Source: an uncultured Lishizhenia sp. (GTDB taxonomy: Bacteria; Bacteroidota; Bacteroidia; Flavobacteriales_D; Crocinitomicaceae). Taken from it: DNA of 64,000 nt. The position numbers and the translations under genes are program-made. The DNA is taken from positions 17,259 through 81,258 of the forward strand of contig CAZWSY010000003.1 of assembly GCA_964636775.1 (NCBI GenBank), in the 5' to 3' direction. The notes under the pieces are model-generated. The model searched no databases, was not told the origin of the DNA, and worked only from the letters and a program-made list of their open reading frames with translations. Positions 9,789 to 20,022 of the stretch are shown one piece after another (the stretch's first letter is position 1; the number at the start of each line of letters is the position of its first letter).

Positions 9789-10888
9789 TTTTTGGCATTT
9801 TGAGGTTTGTCTAAACGCAATTTAACCGAGAAAATATGGGTGTAATAATTCGCCTCCGCAGCACCTAATCGAGTGAAAGCATAATCTAAGGTAAAACCTT
9901 TGAAAGTTAAACCCATTCCTAGGTGTGGCTGTAATCCCCAAGTTTGTTGATTGTCCATATCCGTGAAACGCTGAATATTGGAAATTCCGCCACGAACTTT
10001 AACCAAATCTCTAAAACCAACAAAAGCACCAACATTTGGGTCAATTGAGAAGGGTTTTGCACTAATCAAGGTATTTCTGCGTCCGTCGGTTGTTGCACTC
10101 AAATTAATTTCTCCTCCCGCCTTGAAACCTTTTTCACCAATATCAAAACTTCCACCAGCAGCCAAAATAAACCGAGGTAAAGTAATTTCAAGTCCGTTTT
10201 CAGGGATGGCATTACCAGTATTGATAAAGGTGTTTTGGACTTCTGGACTTAAATCAAACACCCACGCATTGAAAGTTGAACTGACATCTCTTGCCATAAA
10301 ACCAAACTTCCAATTTTTAGCTAAATGATATTGTAAACCAGCATCTAAACCAAAACCGTAAGACTTTGCAAAATCTCCAACCTGGCGATAAACAACTTTA
10401 ATTGAACCTCCAAAACTCAAGCCTTCCACTCCCAAACGTCTCGCGTAAGACCCAATAAATGCATAATCTCCAGCAGAAAAACGTGAAATGTTATCGTAAT
10501 TAATTACCCCATTATTATCAATTAATTGGGTTGTGTTTGGAATGTCATCTACCCCAAAACGAATAGCTGAAAAACCAAAAGCCGACTTTTCATCAATTTG
10601 ATGCGCCACACCAAGAAAGTCGTATTTCGCTATTCCCGCAAAATATTCGGAGTGCATGAATGAAACTTCTAACCATTTATTTGTATTCACCAAACCAGCT
10701 GGATTCCAGTAAGTAGCATTCGCACCAGTAGTAGTTGAAACGACAGCATTCCCCATTCCAAAAGCGTCAGCTCCGACACCTAAACTCAAAAATTCATTAG
10801 AGTATTTTGGGGCATTAGTAGCATTTTGAGCTTTTGCAATATGACCGTTTAGTACAAATAAAAGGAGGGTAAGAATTGATAATCGCAT
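9785..10888 (-). CDS. porV: T9SS outer-membrane beta-barrel protein PorV (LptO-like)
   Basis: Likely start is the ATG at 10888 (MRLSILTLLLFVLNGHIAKAQ signal); the ORF track extends to 10948. Has the PorV/PorQ-type N-terminal motif LSLGVGADAFGMGNAVV, an alternating beta-strand pattern, and lies adjacent to porU. Confidence 0.75.
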   Translation of the reverse strand: MRLSILTLLLFVLNGHIAKAQNATNAPKYSNEFLSLGVGADAFGMGNAVVSTTTGANATYWNPAGLVNTNKWLEVSFMHSEYFAGIAKYDFLGVAHQIDEKSAFGFSAIRFGVDDIPNTTQLIDNNGVINYDNISRFSAGDYAFIGSYARRLGVEGLSFGGSIKVVYRQVGDFAKSYGFGLDAGLQYHLAKNWKFGFMARDVSSTFNAWVFDLSPEVQNTFINTGNAIPENGLEITLPRFILAAGGSFDIGEKGFKAGGEINLSATTDGRRNTLISAKPFSIDPNVGAFVGFRDLVKVRGGISNIQRFTDMDNQQTWGLQPHLGMGLTFKGFTLDYAFTRLGAAEANYYTHIFSVKLRLDKPQNAKK

Positions 10889-11013
10889 GAAATTTTCTTT
10901 CGAATTAAAACCGCGAAATTGCTTAAAAATTGTGTTCTTTGCAGGCATAATTAAAACGAAGATACATTTTGAATCGTTTTCTTTTCAATTTTAAAAACAA
11001 TAACTAAAAAAGG

Positions 11014-11859
11014 ATGTTCAATCCCGCTAATTTATTGACTGCTTTAAACTTAATTGGTGGTTGCTTTTCCATATTTTTTACCCTTTGTGGTAAACTAGAT
11101 TGGGCGGTTTACAGTCTTTTAGTGTGCGGTATTTTCGATTTTTTCGACGGCTTTGTTGCAAGACTTTTAAAATTGAATAATCCCATTGGAAAAGACTTGG
11201 ATTCCTTGGCAGATGTTGTTTCTTTCGGTGTGGCACCAGGTATTTTCATGATGGTGATGATTGTGCTAGGAATAGATCAAGAAGCGCTAATGCTAGACGA
11301 AACTGGACGGAGAATGTTTACGGGAGATTTGAATAATTATGTTCCACTTCAACTAATGGGCTGGACAAGAGCACTCATTTTCGACGAACCCAATTTCTAC
11401 AATGCATCGATAAAGTACTTGCCATTTGTAGGATTTTTTATCCCATTTATCTCGATGTTTCGCTTGGCAAAATTCAATAATGACACTCGACAATCAGACC
11501 AATTTATTGGAATCCCCACTCCTTTTAACACCCTATTTTTCGCTTTCTTTCCTATGTTTTTTGTACTCAACATAGAAAATTGGGGACATCTCAACAAAAA
11601 CATACACTTACTTTTCGATTGTTATGTTTTGAGCGGAATTACTGTTTTGTTTTCGCTTCTTATGCTTGCCAATATTCCCATGATTGCCCTAAAATTCAAA
11701 GATTTTACTTGGAAAAGCAATCAATGGAAATACCTGTTTTTAATTACATCCCTAATTACATTGCCCTTTTTGAAGATTGCAAGCATTCCAATTATTGTAA
11801 TTTTGTACCTCATTTTTTCTTTGATTAACAATTCTCAAAACAAACCCAATGAAGTTTAA
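11014..11859 (+). CDS. pssA: CDP-diacylglycerol--serine O-phosphatidyltransferase (CDP-alcohol phosphatidyltransferase family)
   Basis: Complete D-x2-D-G-x2-A-R-x8-G-x3-D-x3-D motif in DFFDGFVARLLKLNNPIGKDLDSLADV. Multi-pass membrane protein. Confidence 0.8.
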   Translation: MFNPANLLTALNLIGGCFSIFFTLCGKLDWAVYSLLVCGIFDFFDGFVARLLKLNNPIGKDLDSLADVVSFGVAPGIFMMVMIVLGIDQEALMLDETGRRMFTGDLNNYVPLQLMGWTRALIFDEPNFYNASIKYLPFVGFFIPFISMFRLAKFNNDTRQSDQFIGIPTPFNTLFFAFFPMFFVLNIENWGHLNKNIHLLFDCYVLSGITVLFSLLMLANIPMIALKFKDFTWKSNQWKYLFLITSLITLPFLKIASIPIIVILYLIFSLINNSQNKPNEV

Positions 11860-12100
11860 AGCCGAAATTGATGTGATGCCTTTAGATGCACTTCTTGACC
11901 CACAAGGTAAAGCAGTAAGTAATGCCATGAAAAATGTTGGATTACCAGAAATTGATGGTGTTCGGATTGGCAAACACATACGATTATTTGTAGAAGCTGA
12001 AAATGAAGCAATTGCTAGTCAAAAAGTTGAAGAGGCCTGCAAAAAAATGCTAGCAAACCAAATCATGGAAAGCTATTCTTTTTCATTGACCGCAGTTTAA
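11849..12100 (+). CDS. purS: Phosphoribosylformylglycinamidine synthase subunit PurS
   Basis: 83 aa. MKFKAEIDVMPLDALLDPQGKAVSNAMKNVGL...VRIGKHIRLFVEA matches the PurS pattern. Confidence 0.8.
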   Translation: MKFKAEIDVMPLDALLDPQGKAVSNAMKNVGLPEIDGVRIGKHIRLFVEAENEAIASQKVEEACKKMLANQIMESYSFSLTAV

Positions 12101-12101
12101 T

Positions 12102-13556
12102 ATGTTTATGGCGAAGGTTTTTCAATCTTTCAATCCTAAAACTAATTCGCCAAATTCAACTCTTCACGAGGTTAGTTCCAATTTTGAAATTGAAAAAGCA
12201 CTTCAAGACGCATGGAGTGTAAGGCATCTATGGGGACAAAGTAAAATCTCTTCTCGAGTTTCTTTGTTGACAAGAATTCAAGAATTACTCATTTCCAAGA
12301 AAGCTGAAATTTCTTTAGCTTATCAATCAGAAAGTGGTTTGAGTGAACAACGTTTTGAAGTCGAATTCACGCGAACCATTGCACAACTTGAACATTTTAA
12401 GTGTTTTTTAGGACAGTTTTCGAACAAAGAAATACCTTTTGTTCAGCATGAAAATTTTCATCCAGCATTCAACCCTAATGCGAAATTCACCAAACGTTTA
12501 ATCCCTTTAGGGCCAGTGTTGGTATTAGGAGCAAGTAATTTTCCTTTGGCTTATTCGACAATTGGTGGAGATAGCGTTGCTGCGATTTCTGCAGGCTGTC
12601 CAGTTATTGTAAAGGCGCATCCGATGCATGTTGATACTTCAACCCTTGTTGCCGATTGTGTCCGACAAGCTTTACATGCTGAAAATTTACCTGAGTCCAT
12701 TTTTCAACATTTAAAAGATGACGGTTTCAGGGTGACGCAGCAGTTAATGGCTGATGAACGGATTAAAGCAGTGGGATTTACAGGTAGTCAAAAAGGAGGG
12801 TTTGCTTTGGTTGAAATGTCGGAAAAACGTTCCACGCCAATACCCGTTTTTGCAGAAATGGGAAGTTGTAATCCTGTAATTATTTCAAAGGATGCAGCCG
12901 ATTTAAAAGGTGAAGAAATCGCCAAAAAAATAGCTTATTCTGTTTGTAATGATGCTGGGCAGTTTTGCACAAAACCTGGAATTATTTTCATTCCGAACAA
13001 TGCTAAAGAATTCAAAACTCAACTCCTTAAAGAAATTGGAAATCAACCCTTCTTCACCATGCTCCATCCAACAATTAAGGCGAACTATGAACATCGAATC
13101 GCTGAAATTGAAAAATGTATATCCATTCAGTTTTATGAGGATCATCAATCTAATCCCAATCTCGGAAAAAAGGCAGTTGGCTATTGTAGTGTATCAGAAT
13201 TTTTGAACTTGGAAGCCCTTCGAGAAGAAGTATTCGGTCCATTTACACTTTTGGTCAACTATGAAACTTTAAATGAATTAATCGAAGTCATTCAAAAATT
13301 AAATGGACAATTGACCTTTTCATTATTCGACACAGATCCACATCATTTAAAATGGCTTGAGATAAAAAGTTTAATCTTTGAAAAAACAGGAAGATACATC
13401 GAAAATGGAGTTCCAACAGGAGTTTTTGTCAATGAAACAATGAATCATGGTGGCCCCTTTCCTGCTACATCAAATCAGCAATTTACCGCAGTTGGAAGCG
13501 ATAGCGTTTATCGTTTTTTAAGACCAATTACTGTTCAGACAGAAAATCTTGTCTAA
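12102..13556 (+). CDS. NAD(P)-dependent aldehyde dehydrogenase family protein (ketoglutarate-semialdehyde DH-like)
   Basis: 484 aa. Catalytic-Cys region FAEMGSCNPV, EEVFGPF motif, GFTGSQKGG cofactor region. Confidence 0.8.
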   Translation: MFMAKVFQSFNPKTNSPNSTLHEVSSNFEIEKALQDAWSVRHLWGQSKISSRVSLLTRIQELLISKKAEISLAYQSESGLSEQRFEVEFTRTIAQLEHFKCFLGQFSNKEIPFVQHENFHPAFNPNAKFTKRLIPLGPVLVLGASNFPLAYSTIGGDSVAAISAGCPVIVKAHPMHVDTSTLVADCVRQALHAENLPESIFQHLKDDGFRVTQQLMADERIKAVGFTGSQKGGFALVEMSEKRSTPIPVFAEMGSCNPVIISKDAADLKGEEIAKKIAYSVCNDAGQFCTKPGIIFIPNNAKEFKTQLLKEIGNQPFFTMLHPTIKANYEHRIAEIEKCISIQFYEDHQSNPNLGKKAVGYCSVSEFLNLEALREEVFGPFTLLVNYETLNELIEVIQKLNGQLTFSLFDTDPHHLKWLEIKSLIFEKTGRYIENGVPTGVFVNETMNHGGPFPATSNQQFTAVGSDSVYRFLRPITVQTENLV

Positions 13557-13590
13557 CAATTGTATTAATTTCGACCAAAATTTAACCCTT

Positions 13591-14547
13591 ATGTCAGAAG
13601 AAACTAACTCAAAATCAAGTAATGCGCTTTACTTAGGTATTATTTTTATCTTGTTAATTGGTATGGCAATTATGACTTATTTATGGTCAGGAAAGCGTAC
13701 GGAATTAAATAATTGTACCAATGAAAATCTGACTTTAAAATCAGATATGCAGGGCATGAACGAGATGATGGAAGGTTACGTAGGAAACATGTCCAACGAT
13801 TTAAAAACTGACTTTAAGAATATGTTGTCCACTTATGACAAACTCATTGCCAAGGACAAAACGCAAGCAGATAGTTTAAACATACAAAAAGCAAAAATTC
13901 AAGAATTGCTAACTAAACTTGAATCCAACAAAAGGATTTCTGCAAGAGAGTTAATGAAAGTTCGTCAAGAAAACGAAACACTCAGGGAAATTATGAGAAG
14001 TTATGTTAAACAAATTGACTCATTAAATACTCTTAATATCAAACTAACCTCGAAGCTAGACGAAACAACAACCAAATTAACGGAAACCTCTACCGAACGT
14101 GATAATTACAAGAAAGAAGCTGAAGAAAAAACGGAACAGGTTAAGAAAGGCAGTAAACTTCAAGCTTATGGATTTAAATCTGAAGCATTAAGAATGAAGT
14201 TGAATAAAACCACCGAACCAACGGACAAAGCGAAAAACGCAATTCAATTTAGAAGTTCATTTACTATTTCTGAAAATCAATTGGCTTCCGCAGGAAGAAA
14301 AACTGTTTACATGCAAATCATTGGTCCTGATGGCCAAACTTTCCAGTCGAGAACGAGCAATATAATTGAAACAGAAAGCGGAACAGTGGCCTTTTCAGAC
14401 AAGAAGGAAATCGACTACCAAAACCAAGCAGTGGACATTACAATTTACTATGATCTAAAAGCCGAAACAGCTCAAAAAGGTAATTACAAAGTGAGAATTT
14501 TTGTGGACAATGTATTGGCGGGAACGGATAGCTTCAATTTAAAATAA
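13591..14547 (+). CDS. Membrane-anchored coiled-coil protein with a C-terminal beta-rich domain, function unknown
   Basis: ATG at 13591 is preferred over the overlapping TTG at 13549. One TM helix (LYLGIIFILLIGMAIMTYLW), about 170 aa of heptad-like K/E/L-rich sequence, then a beta-rich tail. No family recognised. Confidence 0.5.
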   Translation: MSEETNSKSSNALYLGIIFILLIGMAIMTYLWSGKRTELNNCTNENLTLKSDMQGMNEMMEGYVGNMSNDLKTDFKNMLSTYDKLIAKDKTQADSLNIQKAKIQELLTKLESNKRISARELMKVRQENETLREIMRSYVKQIDSLNTLNIKLTSKLDETTTKLTETSTERDNYKKEAEEKTEQVKKGSKLQAYGFKSEALRMKLNKTTEPTDKAKNAIQFRSSFTISENQLASAGRKTVYMQIIGPDGQTFQSRTSNIIETESGTVAFSDKKEIDYQNQAVDITIYYDLKAETAQKGNYKVRIFVDNVLAGTDSFNLK

Positions 14548-14551
14548 AAAT

Positions 14552-15322
14552 ATGAGTGCGATAGAACAAGGATCTGTGTCGTTTGAAATCGACGGAAATG
14601 GTATCGGAACAATAACTTTTGGTCATCCTTTAAGTAATTCTCTTCCAGGAAAAATATTGAACAAACTTGCTGATACCATAATAGAATTGGGAAACAATGA
14701 CGAAGTGAAAGTTATTGTACTTAAATCAGAGGGAGAAAAAGCATTTTGTGCCGGTGCAAGTTTCGATGAATTAATTTCGATAAAAGATTTGGAAACTGGA
14801 AAAGTGTTCTTTTCCGGTTTTGCCAAAGTAATCAATGCATGTAGAACTATCCCAAAACTTATTATTGGACGTGTGCAAGGAAAAGCAGTTGGCGGTGGTG
14901 TTGGTGTTGCTTCGGCAGTTGATTATTGTTTAGCTACTAAACGTGCAGAAGTGAAATTATCGGAATTAGCGGTTGGAATTGGTCCATTTGTAGTTGGTCC
15001 CACGGTGCAAAGAAAAATTGGTCTTTCAGCAATGAGTGAACTGGCAATCAATGCAACAGAATGGAGGAGTGCAGAATGGGCAAAACAAAAAGGATTATTT
15101 GTTGAAACATTCGAAACTACTGAAGAATTAGACGAAGCTATTTATAAATTGGCTACAACATTAGCAAACTCTAATCCTGAGGCAATGCGTTTGTTGAAAA
15201 AGATATTTTGGGAAGGAACCGACAATTGGGACTTACTTTTGAGTGAGCGTGCCGCAATGAGTGGAACCCTTGTTTTGAGCGACTTTACAGTGAACGCAAT
15301 TAACAAATTCAAGACAAAATAG
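14552..15322 (+). CDS. Enoyl-CoA hydratase/isomerase (crotonase) family protein
   Basis: VIVLKSEGEKAFCAGASFDEL and GRVQGKAVGGGVGVASAVDY are classic crotonase-fold motifs. Confidence 0.8.
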   Translation: MSAIEQGSVSFEIDGNGIGTITFGHPLSNSLPGKILNKLADTIIELGNNDEVKVIVLKSEGEKAFCAGASFDELISIKDLETGKVFFSGFAKVINACRTIPKLIIGRVQGKAVGGGVGVASAVDYCLATKRAEVKLSELAVGIGPFVVGPTVQRKIGLSAMSELAINATEWRSAEWAKQKGLFVETFETTEELDEAIYKLATTLANSNPEAMRLLKKIFWEGTDNWDLLLSERAAMSGTLVLSDFTVNAINKFKTK

Positions 15323-15362
15323 ATTTTTTTCAACAAAGATTTGAAGATTAAAAGTTTAATCA

Positions 15363-15370
15363 TATCTTTG
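15363..15370 (+). promoter_or_regulatory. Bacteroidota-type -7 promoter box TATCTTTG upstream of rplM
   Basis: Exact match to the TAnnTTTG consensus, 48 nt upstream of the rplM start. Confidence 0.55.
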
Positions 15371-15417
15371 CACCCCCGAAAAAGTGGGGACATCACTCTA
15401 TTTAAACAATAAGTACC

Positions 15418-15873
15418 GTGAATACACTAAGTTACAAAACCTTATCAGGTAATACAGAAACAGCAGACAAGAAATGGTATGTTGTTGATGCAGAAGGTCA
15501 AACCGTAGGTCGTTTGGCAAGTAAAGTTGCAAAAATCATCCGTGGCAAATACAAAACTTGCTACACTCCTCATGCGGATTGTGGTGATAATGTAATTGTA
15601 ATTAACGCGGAAAAGGTTTCCTTTTCAGGTGCGAAATTGGTGGACAAAGAATATGTTCGCTTCTCTGGATACCCAGGTGGTCAACGTTTTACGTCGGCTA
15701 AAGATATGTTGCAAAAGCACCCTGAAAGACTGATTGAAAAAGCAGTTAAAGGTATGTTGCCAAAAAATACTTTAGGAAGAAAATTGTACACAAATCTTAA
15801 AGTTTATCAAGGTGCTGCTCACAAACACGAAGCGCAGCAACCGGAATTATTGAATTTAGATTCTCTCAAATAA
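15418..15873 (+). CDS. rplM: 50S ribosomal protein L13
   Basis: [22 protein letters not shown]...[15 protein letters not shown] is canonical L13. GTG start. Confidence 0.95.
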   Translation: MNTLSYKTLSGNTETADKKWYVVDAEGQTVGRLASKVAKIIRGKYKTCYTPHADCGDNVIVINAEKVSFSGAKLVDKEYVRFSGYPGGQRFTSAKDMLQKHPERLIEKAVKGMLPKNTLGRKLYTNLKVYQGAAHKHEAQQPELLNLDSLK

Positions 15874-15878
15874 ATTAT

Positions 15879-16265
15879 ATGGAAGTTATTAATGCTTTAG
15901 GACGCAGAAAAACGGCAGTAGCTCGTGTGTACTTGACAAAAGGTACAGGGAAAATTTCTGTAAACAAAAAAGACGTAAATGTGGTTTTCCCAATAGACGT
16001 TCTTCAAAACAAAATCAATCAACCTTTCGCTTTGACAGATACTGCTGGACAGTACGATGTTAAAGTTAACGTTATGGGTGGTGGAATCAACGGTCAAGCG
16101 GAAGCTATTCGTTTAGGTATATCTCGCGCTTTGGTAGAAGTGAGTGCTGATTACAAACCTTTGTTGAAAGCTGACGGTCTAATGACACGTGACCCAAGAA
16201 TGGTTGAACGTAAAAAACCAGGTCAACCTAAAGCACGTAAGAAATTCCAGTTCTCTAAACGTTAA
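15879..16265 (+). CDS. rpsI: 30S ribosomal protein S9
   Basis: [18 protein letters not shown]... and C-terminal [25 protein letters not shown] are canonical S9. Confidence 0.95.
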   Translation: MEVINALGRRKTAVARVYLTKGTGKISVNKKDVNVVFPIDVLQNKINQPFALTDTAGQYDVKVNVMGGGINGQAEAIRLGISRALVEVSADYKPLLKADGLMTRDPRMVERKKPGQPKARKKFQFSKR

Positions 16266-16288
16266 TATTATTTCGGGTTTAGTATCCA

Positions 16289-16325
16289 AGTTTTTCAGCA
16301 CCTTGATTTATCACCCTGAAAAACT
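16289..16325 (+). terminator. Perfect 10-bp stem hairpin between rpsI and rpsB (terminator or leader structure)
   Basis: AGTTTTTCAG (16289-16298) pairs perfectly with CTGAAAAACT (16316-16325) around a 17-nt loop. It is followed by GAATTTT rather than a long T-run. Confidence 0.5.
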
Positions 16326-16361
16326 GAATTTTAAATTAGGAAAGTAAACAAAAAACAAAAT

Positions 16362-17141
16362 ATGTCAAAATTTAACTTTGAAACTTTATTAGAAGCAGGT
16401 GTACATTTCGGACACTTGAAAAGAAAATGGAACCCAGCAATGGCGCCTTACATTTTTGAAGAAAAGAAAGGAATCCACATTATTGATTTGAATAAAACAA
16501 TTGTTCACCTTGAACAAGCTTGTGCCGCAATGAAACAAATTGCAAAATCAGGTAAAAAAGTTTTATTCGTTGCAACAAAGAAACAAGCCAAAGAAATCGT
16601 TGCTGAAAGAGTAGCGAAAGTAAATATGCCGTTTGTTACGGAAAGATGGTCTGGTGGTATGTTAACTAACTTCCAAACCACAAGAAAATCTATCCGCAAA
16701 ATGACTTTGATTGACAAAATGAAGTCAGACGGTTCATGGGACACTTTGAACAAAAGAGAGAAATTGTTCAAAACACGTCAACGTGAGAAATTGGAGAAAA
16801 CTTTCGGATCAATTGCAGATATGTCTCGTCAACCTGCTGCTATATTCATCGTTGATATTTTGAAAGAACACATTGCTTTAGCTGAAGCGAGAAGATTAAA
16901 TGTTCCAACTTTCGCAATGGTTGATACAAATTCAAATCCTAAGTTGGTTGATTTTCCAATTCCAGCAAATGATGATGCTACAAAATCTATTACTTTGGTA
17001 ATTGATGCAATTTGCGAGGCCATTCGTGAAGGTTTGGAGGAAAGAAAATCAATGAAAGCTGGTGAAAACAAAGAAGCAGCTCCTGCTGAAACTACTGAGG
17101 CTCCAGCAGCAGAATCTACCGAAACAAAAGTTGAAGAATAA
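16362..17141 (+). CDS. rpsB: 30S ribosomal protein S2
   Basis: LLEAGVHFGH..R.WNP.M.PYIF and ERWSGGMLTNF are canonical S2. Acidic A/E/T-rich C-terminal tail. Confidence 0.95.
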   Translation: MSKFNFETLLEAGVHFGHLKRKWNPAMAPYIFEEKKGIHIIDLNKTIVHLEQACAAMKQIAKSGKKVLFVATKKQAKEIVAERVAKVNMPFVTERWSGGMLTNFQTTRKSIRKMTLIDKMKSDGSWDTLNKREKLFKTRQREKLEKTFGSIADMSRQPAAIFIVDILKEHIALAEARRLNVPTFAMVDTNSNPKLVDFPIPANDDATKSITLVIDAICEAIREGLEERKSMKAGENKEAAPAETTEAPAAESTETKVEE

Positions 17142-17159
17142 TTTTTAAAAAATATAGAA

Positions 17160-17990
17160 ATGGCTATCACAGCTTCTGATGTAAACAAATTGCGCCAACA
17201 AACTGGTGCTGGTATGATGGATTGTAAAAATGCCTTGGTAGAAGCCAACGGTGATTTTGAAACTGCAATCGACATTCTAAGAAAAAAAGGTCAAAAAATC
17301 GCTGCGAAAAGAGGTGACAACGACGCGAAAGAAGGTGTTATTCTTGCACAAGCAAATGCAGATGGAAAGTCTGGAGTTATCCTTGGTTTGAATTGTGAAA
17401 CAGACTTCGTTGCTAAGAATGATGGTTATGTAGCATTAGTTCAGTCGTTTGTTGATTTGGCACTAGCTAATCTACCTGCAACTGCAGATGAACTTAAAGC
17501 ATTGAAATACGATGAAAAGTTAACCGTTGAAGAGAAAATCACAGAGCAAATTGGTGTTATTGGTGAGAAATTAGATTTGTCAAACTACGGAGTAATTCGT
17601 GCAGACAAAGTTGTAGCTTACAATCACCCTGGAAATCAACTTGCGACTTTAGTTGGATTAAATAGTTCATCTGATGCTGCTGCTGAGGCAGGTCGTCAAG
17701 TTGCTATGCAAGTTGCAGCAATGAGTCCAATTGCATTAAACAAAGACGGTGTTGACCAACGTACAATTGAAAGAGAAATTGAAATTGGTAAAGAATTGGC
17801 TATCCAGGAAGGTAAACCGGCAGACATGGCTGAGAAAATTTCTATGGGTCGTTTAAACAAATTTTTTCAAGAAAACACTTTATTGAGTCAGCAATTTATT
17901 CGTGACAACAAACTAACTGTTGAACAATTCTTATCTTCTACTGAAAAGGATTTGACAGTTACGGAGTTCAAACGATTCTCACTTAGTTAA
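17160..17990 (+). CDS. tsf: Translation elongation factor Ts
   Basis: VNKLRQQTGAGMMDCKNAL is the EF-Ts UBA-like N-terminus. Conserved rpsB-tsf order. Confidence 0.95.
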   Translation: MAITASDVNKLRQQTGAGMMDCKNALVEANGDFETAIDILRKKGQKIAAKRGDNDAKEGVILAQANADGKSGVILGLNCETDFVAKNDGYVALVQSFVDLALANLPATADELKALKYDEKLTVEEKITEQIGVIGEKLDLSNYGVIRADKVVAYNHPGNQLATLVGLNSSSDAAAEAGRQVAMQVAAMSPIALNKDGVDQRTIEREIEIGKELAIQEGKPADMAEKISMGRLNKFFQENTLLSQQFIRDNKLTVEQFLSSTEKDLTVTEFKRFSLS

Positions 17991-17996
17991 TATTTA

Positions 17997-18743
<747 letters not shown>

Positions 18744-18746
18744 GAA

Positions 18747-19310
18747 ATGATTGAAGAATTAGAAATTGTTTACGACGAATTCAAGCAGTCAAATCAAAAA
18801 ACTTTGACTCATTTAGAAAACGAACTTATTAAAATCCGTGCAGGTAAAGCTTCGCCAGCAATGCTTCAAGGTGTTATGGTAGAATATTATGGTTCAATGA
18901 CACCGCTTCAACAAGTTGCAAATGTGAATACTTTAGATGCCCGAACCATTATTGTCCAACCTTGGGAAAAAAACATGTTGAATGAAATTGCTAAAGGCAT
19001 TATTAATTCAAATCTTGGACTAAATCCCCAAAACAATGGCGAGCAGTTGATGATTGCTGTACCACCACTAACGGAAGAGCGTAGAAGAGATCTTGTAAAA
19101 AAAGCAAAGGCCGAAGCGGAGCACGCTAAAGTTGGTATCCGAAATAACCGAAAAGATGCTTTGGATATGGTTAAAGACTTGAAAAAAGATGGCCTTTCCG
19201 AAGACTTGGAAAAAGGTGCAGAAGAAGAAATCCAAAAAATAACCAATTCGTATAGCAAAAAAGTGGACGAATTGCTTGAGATAAAAGAAAAAGATATTAT
19301 GACTGTATAA
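18747..19310 (+). CDS. frr: Ribosome recycling factor
   Basis: IRAGKASPAMLQGVMVEYYGSMTPLQQVANV and PPLTEERRRDLVK are canonical RRF. Conserved pyrH-frr order. Confidence 0.95.
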   Translation: MIEELEIVYDEFKQSNQKTLTHLENELIKIRAGKASPAMLQGVMVEYYGSMTPLQQVANVNTLDARTIIVQPWEKNMLNEIAKGIINSNLGLNPQNNGEQLMIAVPPLTEERRRDLVKKAKAEAEHAKVGIRNNRKDALDMVKDLKKDGLSEDLEKGAEEEIQKITNSYSKKVDELLEIKEKDIMTV

Positions 19311-19574
19311 TTAGCGTTTTCTCTTTAACCTCCTAATTTCTTTGCGCATGAGACGAAGTTCCTTGCGCATTTTTTTTCTCACAGCAGGTGATTGATTCTT
19401 ACGATGTTGTTTAAAGCGCATTTGTTTATACTTCAATTGTTTTTTTCGTTCTGCATTCAATTCATTCTGTCGGATACGAAGTGCAGAATTCGTGTAGCCA
19501 TCTTTAGCAGACTGACAAGAAATTACAATTTCTGTCAAAAAAACAAGGAATAATAGCTGTTTAACAAATCGCAC
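19311..19574 (-). CDS. Small predicted lipoprotein with an extremely basic K/R-rich tail, function unknown
   Basis: Signal plus lipobox-like LTEIVISCQ, then a K/R-rich tail ending RKEIRRLKRKR. Abuts the frr stop. No family recognised. Confidence 0.45.
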   Translation of the reverse strand: MRFVKQLLFLVFLTEIVISCQSAKDGYTNSALRIRQNELNAERKKQLKYKQMRFKQHRKNQSPAVRKKMRKELRLMRKEIRRLKRKR

Positions 19575-19590
19575 AACGTAAATTTACACC

Positions 19591-20019
19591 ATGAAAATTG
19601 CGCTACCAATTCTTTTTTGCATTTCGTTGATAACTTTTGGTTGTGTTCGTTTCAATCAAACCCCTGTTCCTAATATCCCCTTTGATATTACAATTGACTT
19701 AAATCTACCAAGTTATAGTGATTTGAATGGTGTTGGAGGTTATGCCTTCGTTAATGCAGGTTCGAGAGGAGTAATCGTTTACCGTCGTTCGATTGATGAA
19801 TTTGTGGCTGTAGATAGACATTCACCAGAAGACCCAGAAGGAGATTGCTTTCTGCCCCTTTTCCCTCAAAGCGATAACTTTTTATTACTAAAAGATACTT
19901 GCTCTGGAGCTCAATTTTCTTTGTATGATGGTTTACCTTATGCAGGCAGTAATTATCAGTTAAGACAATACAGAACTAACTTTAACGGAACTAACCTTTT
20001 GAGAATTTTTAATTTATAA
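19591..20019 (+). CDS. Predicted lipoprotein with a Rieske-fold-like pattern but no Fe-S ligand set
   Basis: Lipoprotein signal LFCISLITFGC. GVIVYRRSIDEFVAVDRHSPE and LLLKDTCSGAQFSLYDG sit where Rieske proteins carry CxH and CxxH boxes. Lies 3 nt upstream of a ferredoxin gene. Confidence 0.45.
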   Translation: MKIALPILFCISLITFGCVRFNQTPVPNIPFDITIDLNLPSYSDLNGVGGYAFVNAGSRGVIVYRRSIDEFVAVDRHSPEDPEGDCFLPLFPQSDNFLLLKDTCSGAQFSLYDGLPYAGSNYQLRQYRTNFNGTNLLRIFNL

Positions 20020-20022
20020 GCT

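Noticed and set aside
10889-10948. Upstream start for porV (10948); similarly 38534 for gldB and 22416 for the ACP
   Set aside because: The internal ATGs (10888, 38480, 22371) give proper signal or lipoprotein peptides or a typical ACP length, and they restore intergenic promoter space. The gldB start at 38534 would leave zero nt to the divergent gene.
15371-15395. CCCC...GGGG mini-hairpin right after the rplM promoter box as an L13 leader or riboswitch
   Set aside because: The stem is only 4-5 bp, and I know of no matching structured leader for this phylum. Insufficient evidence.
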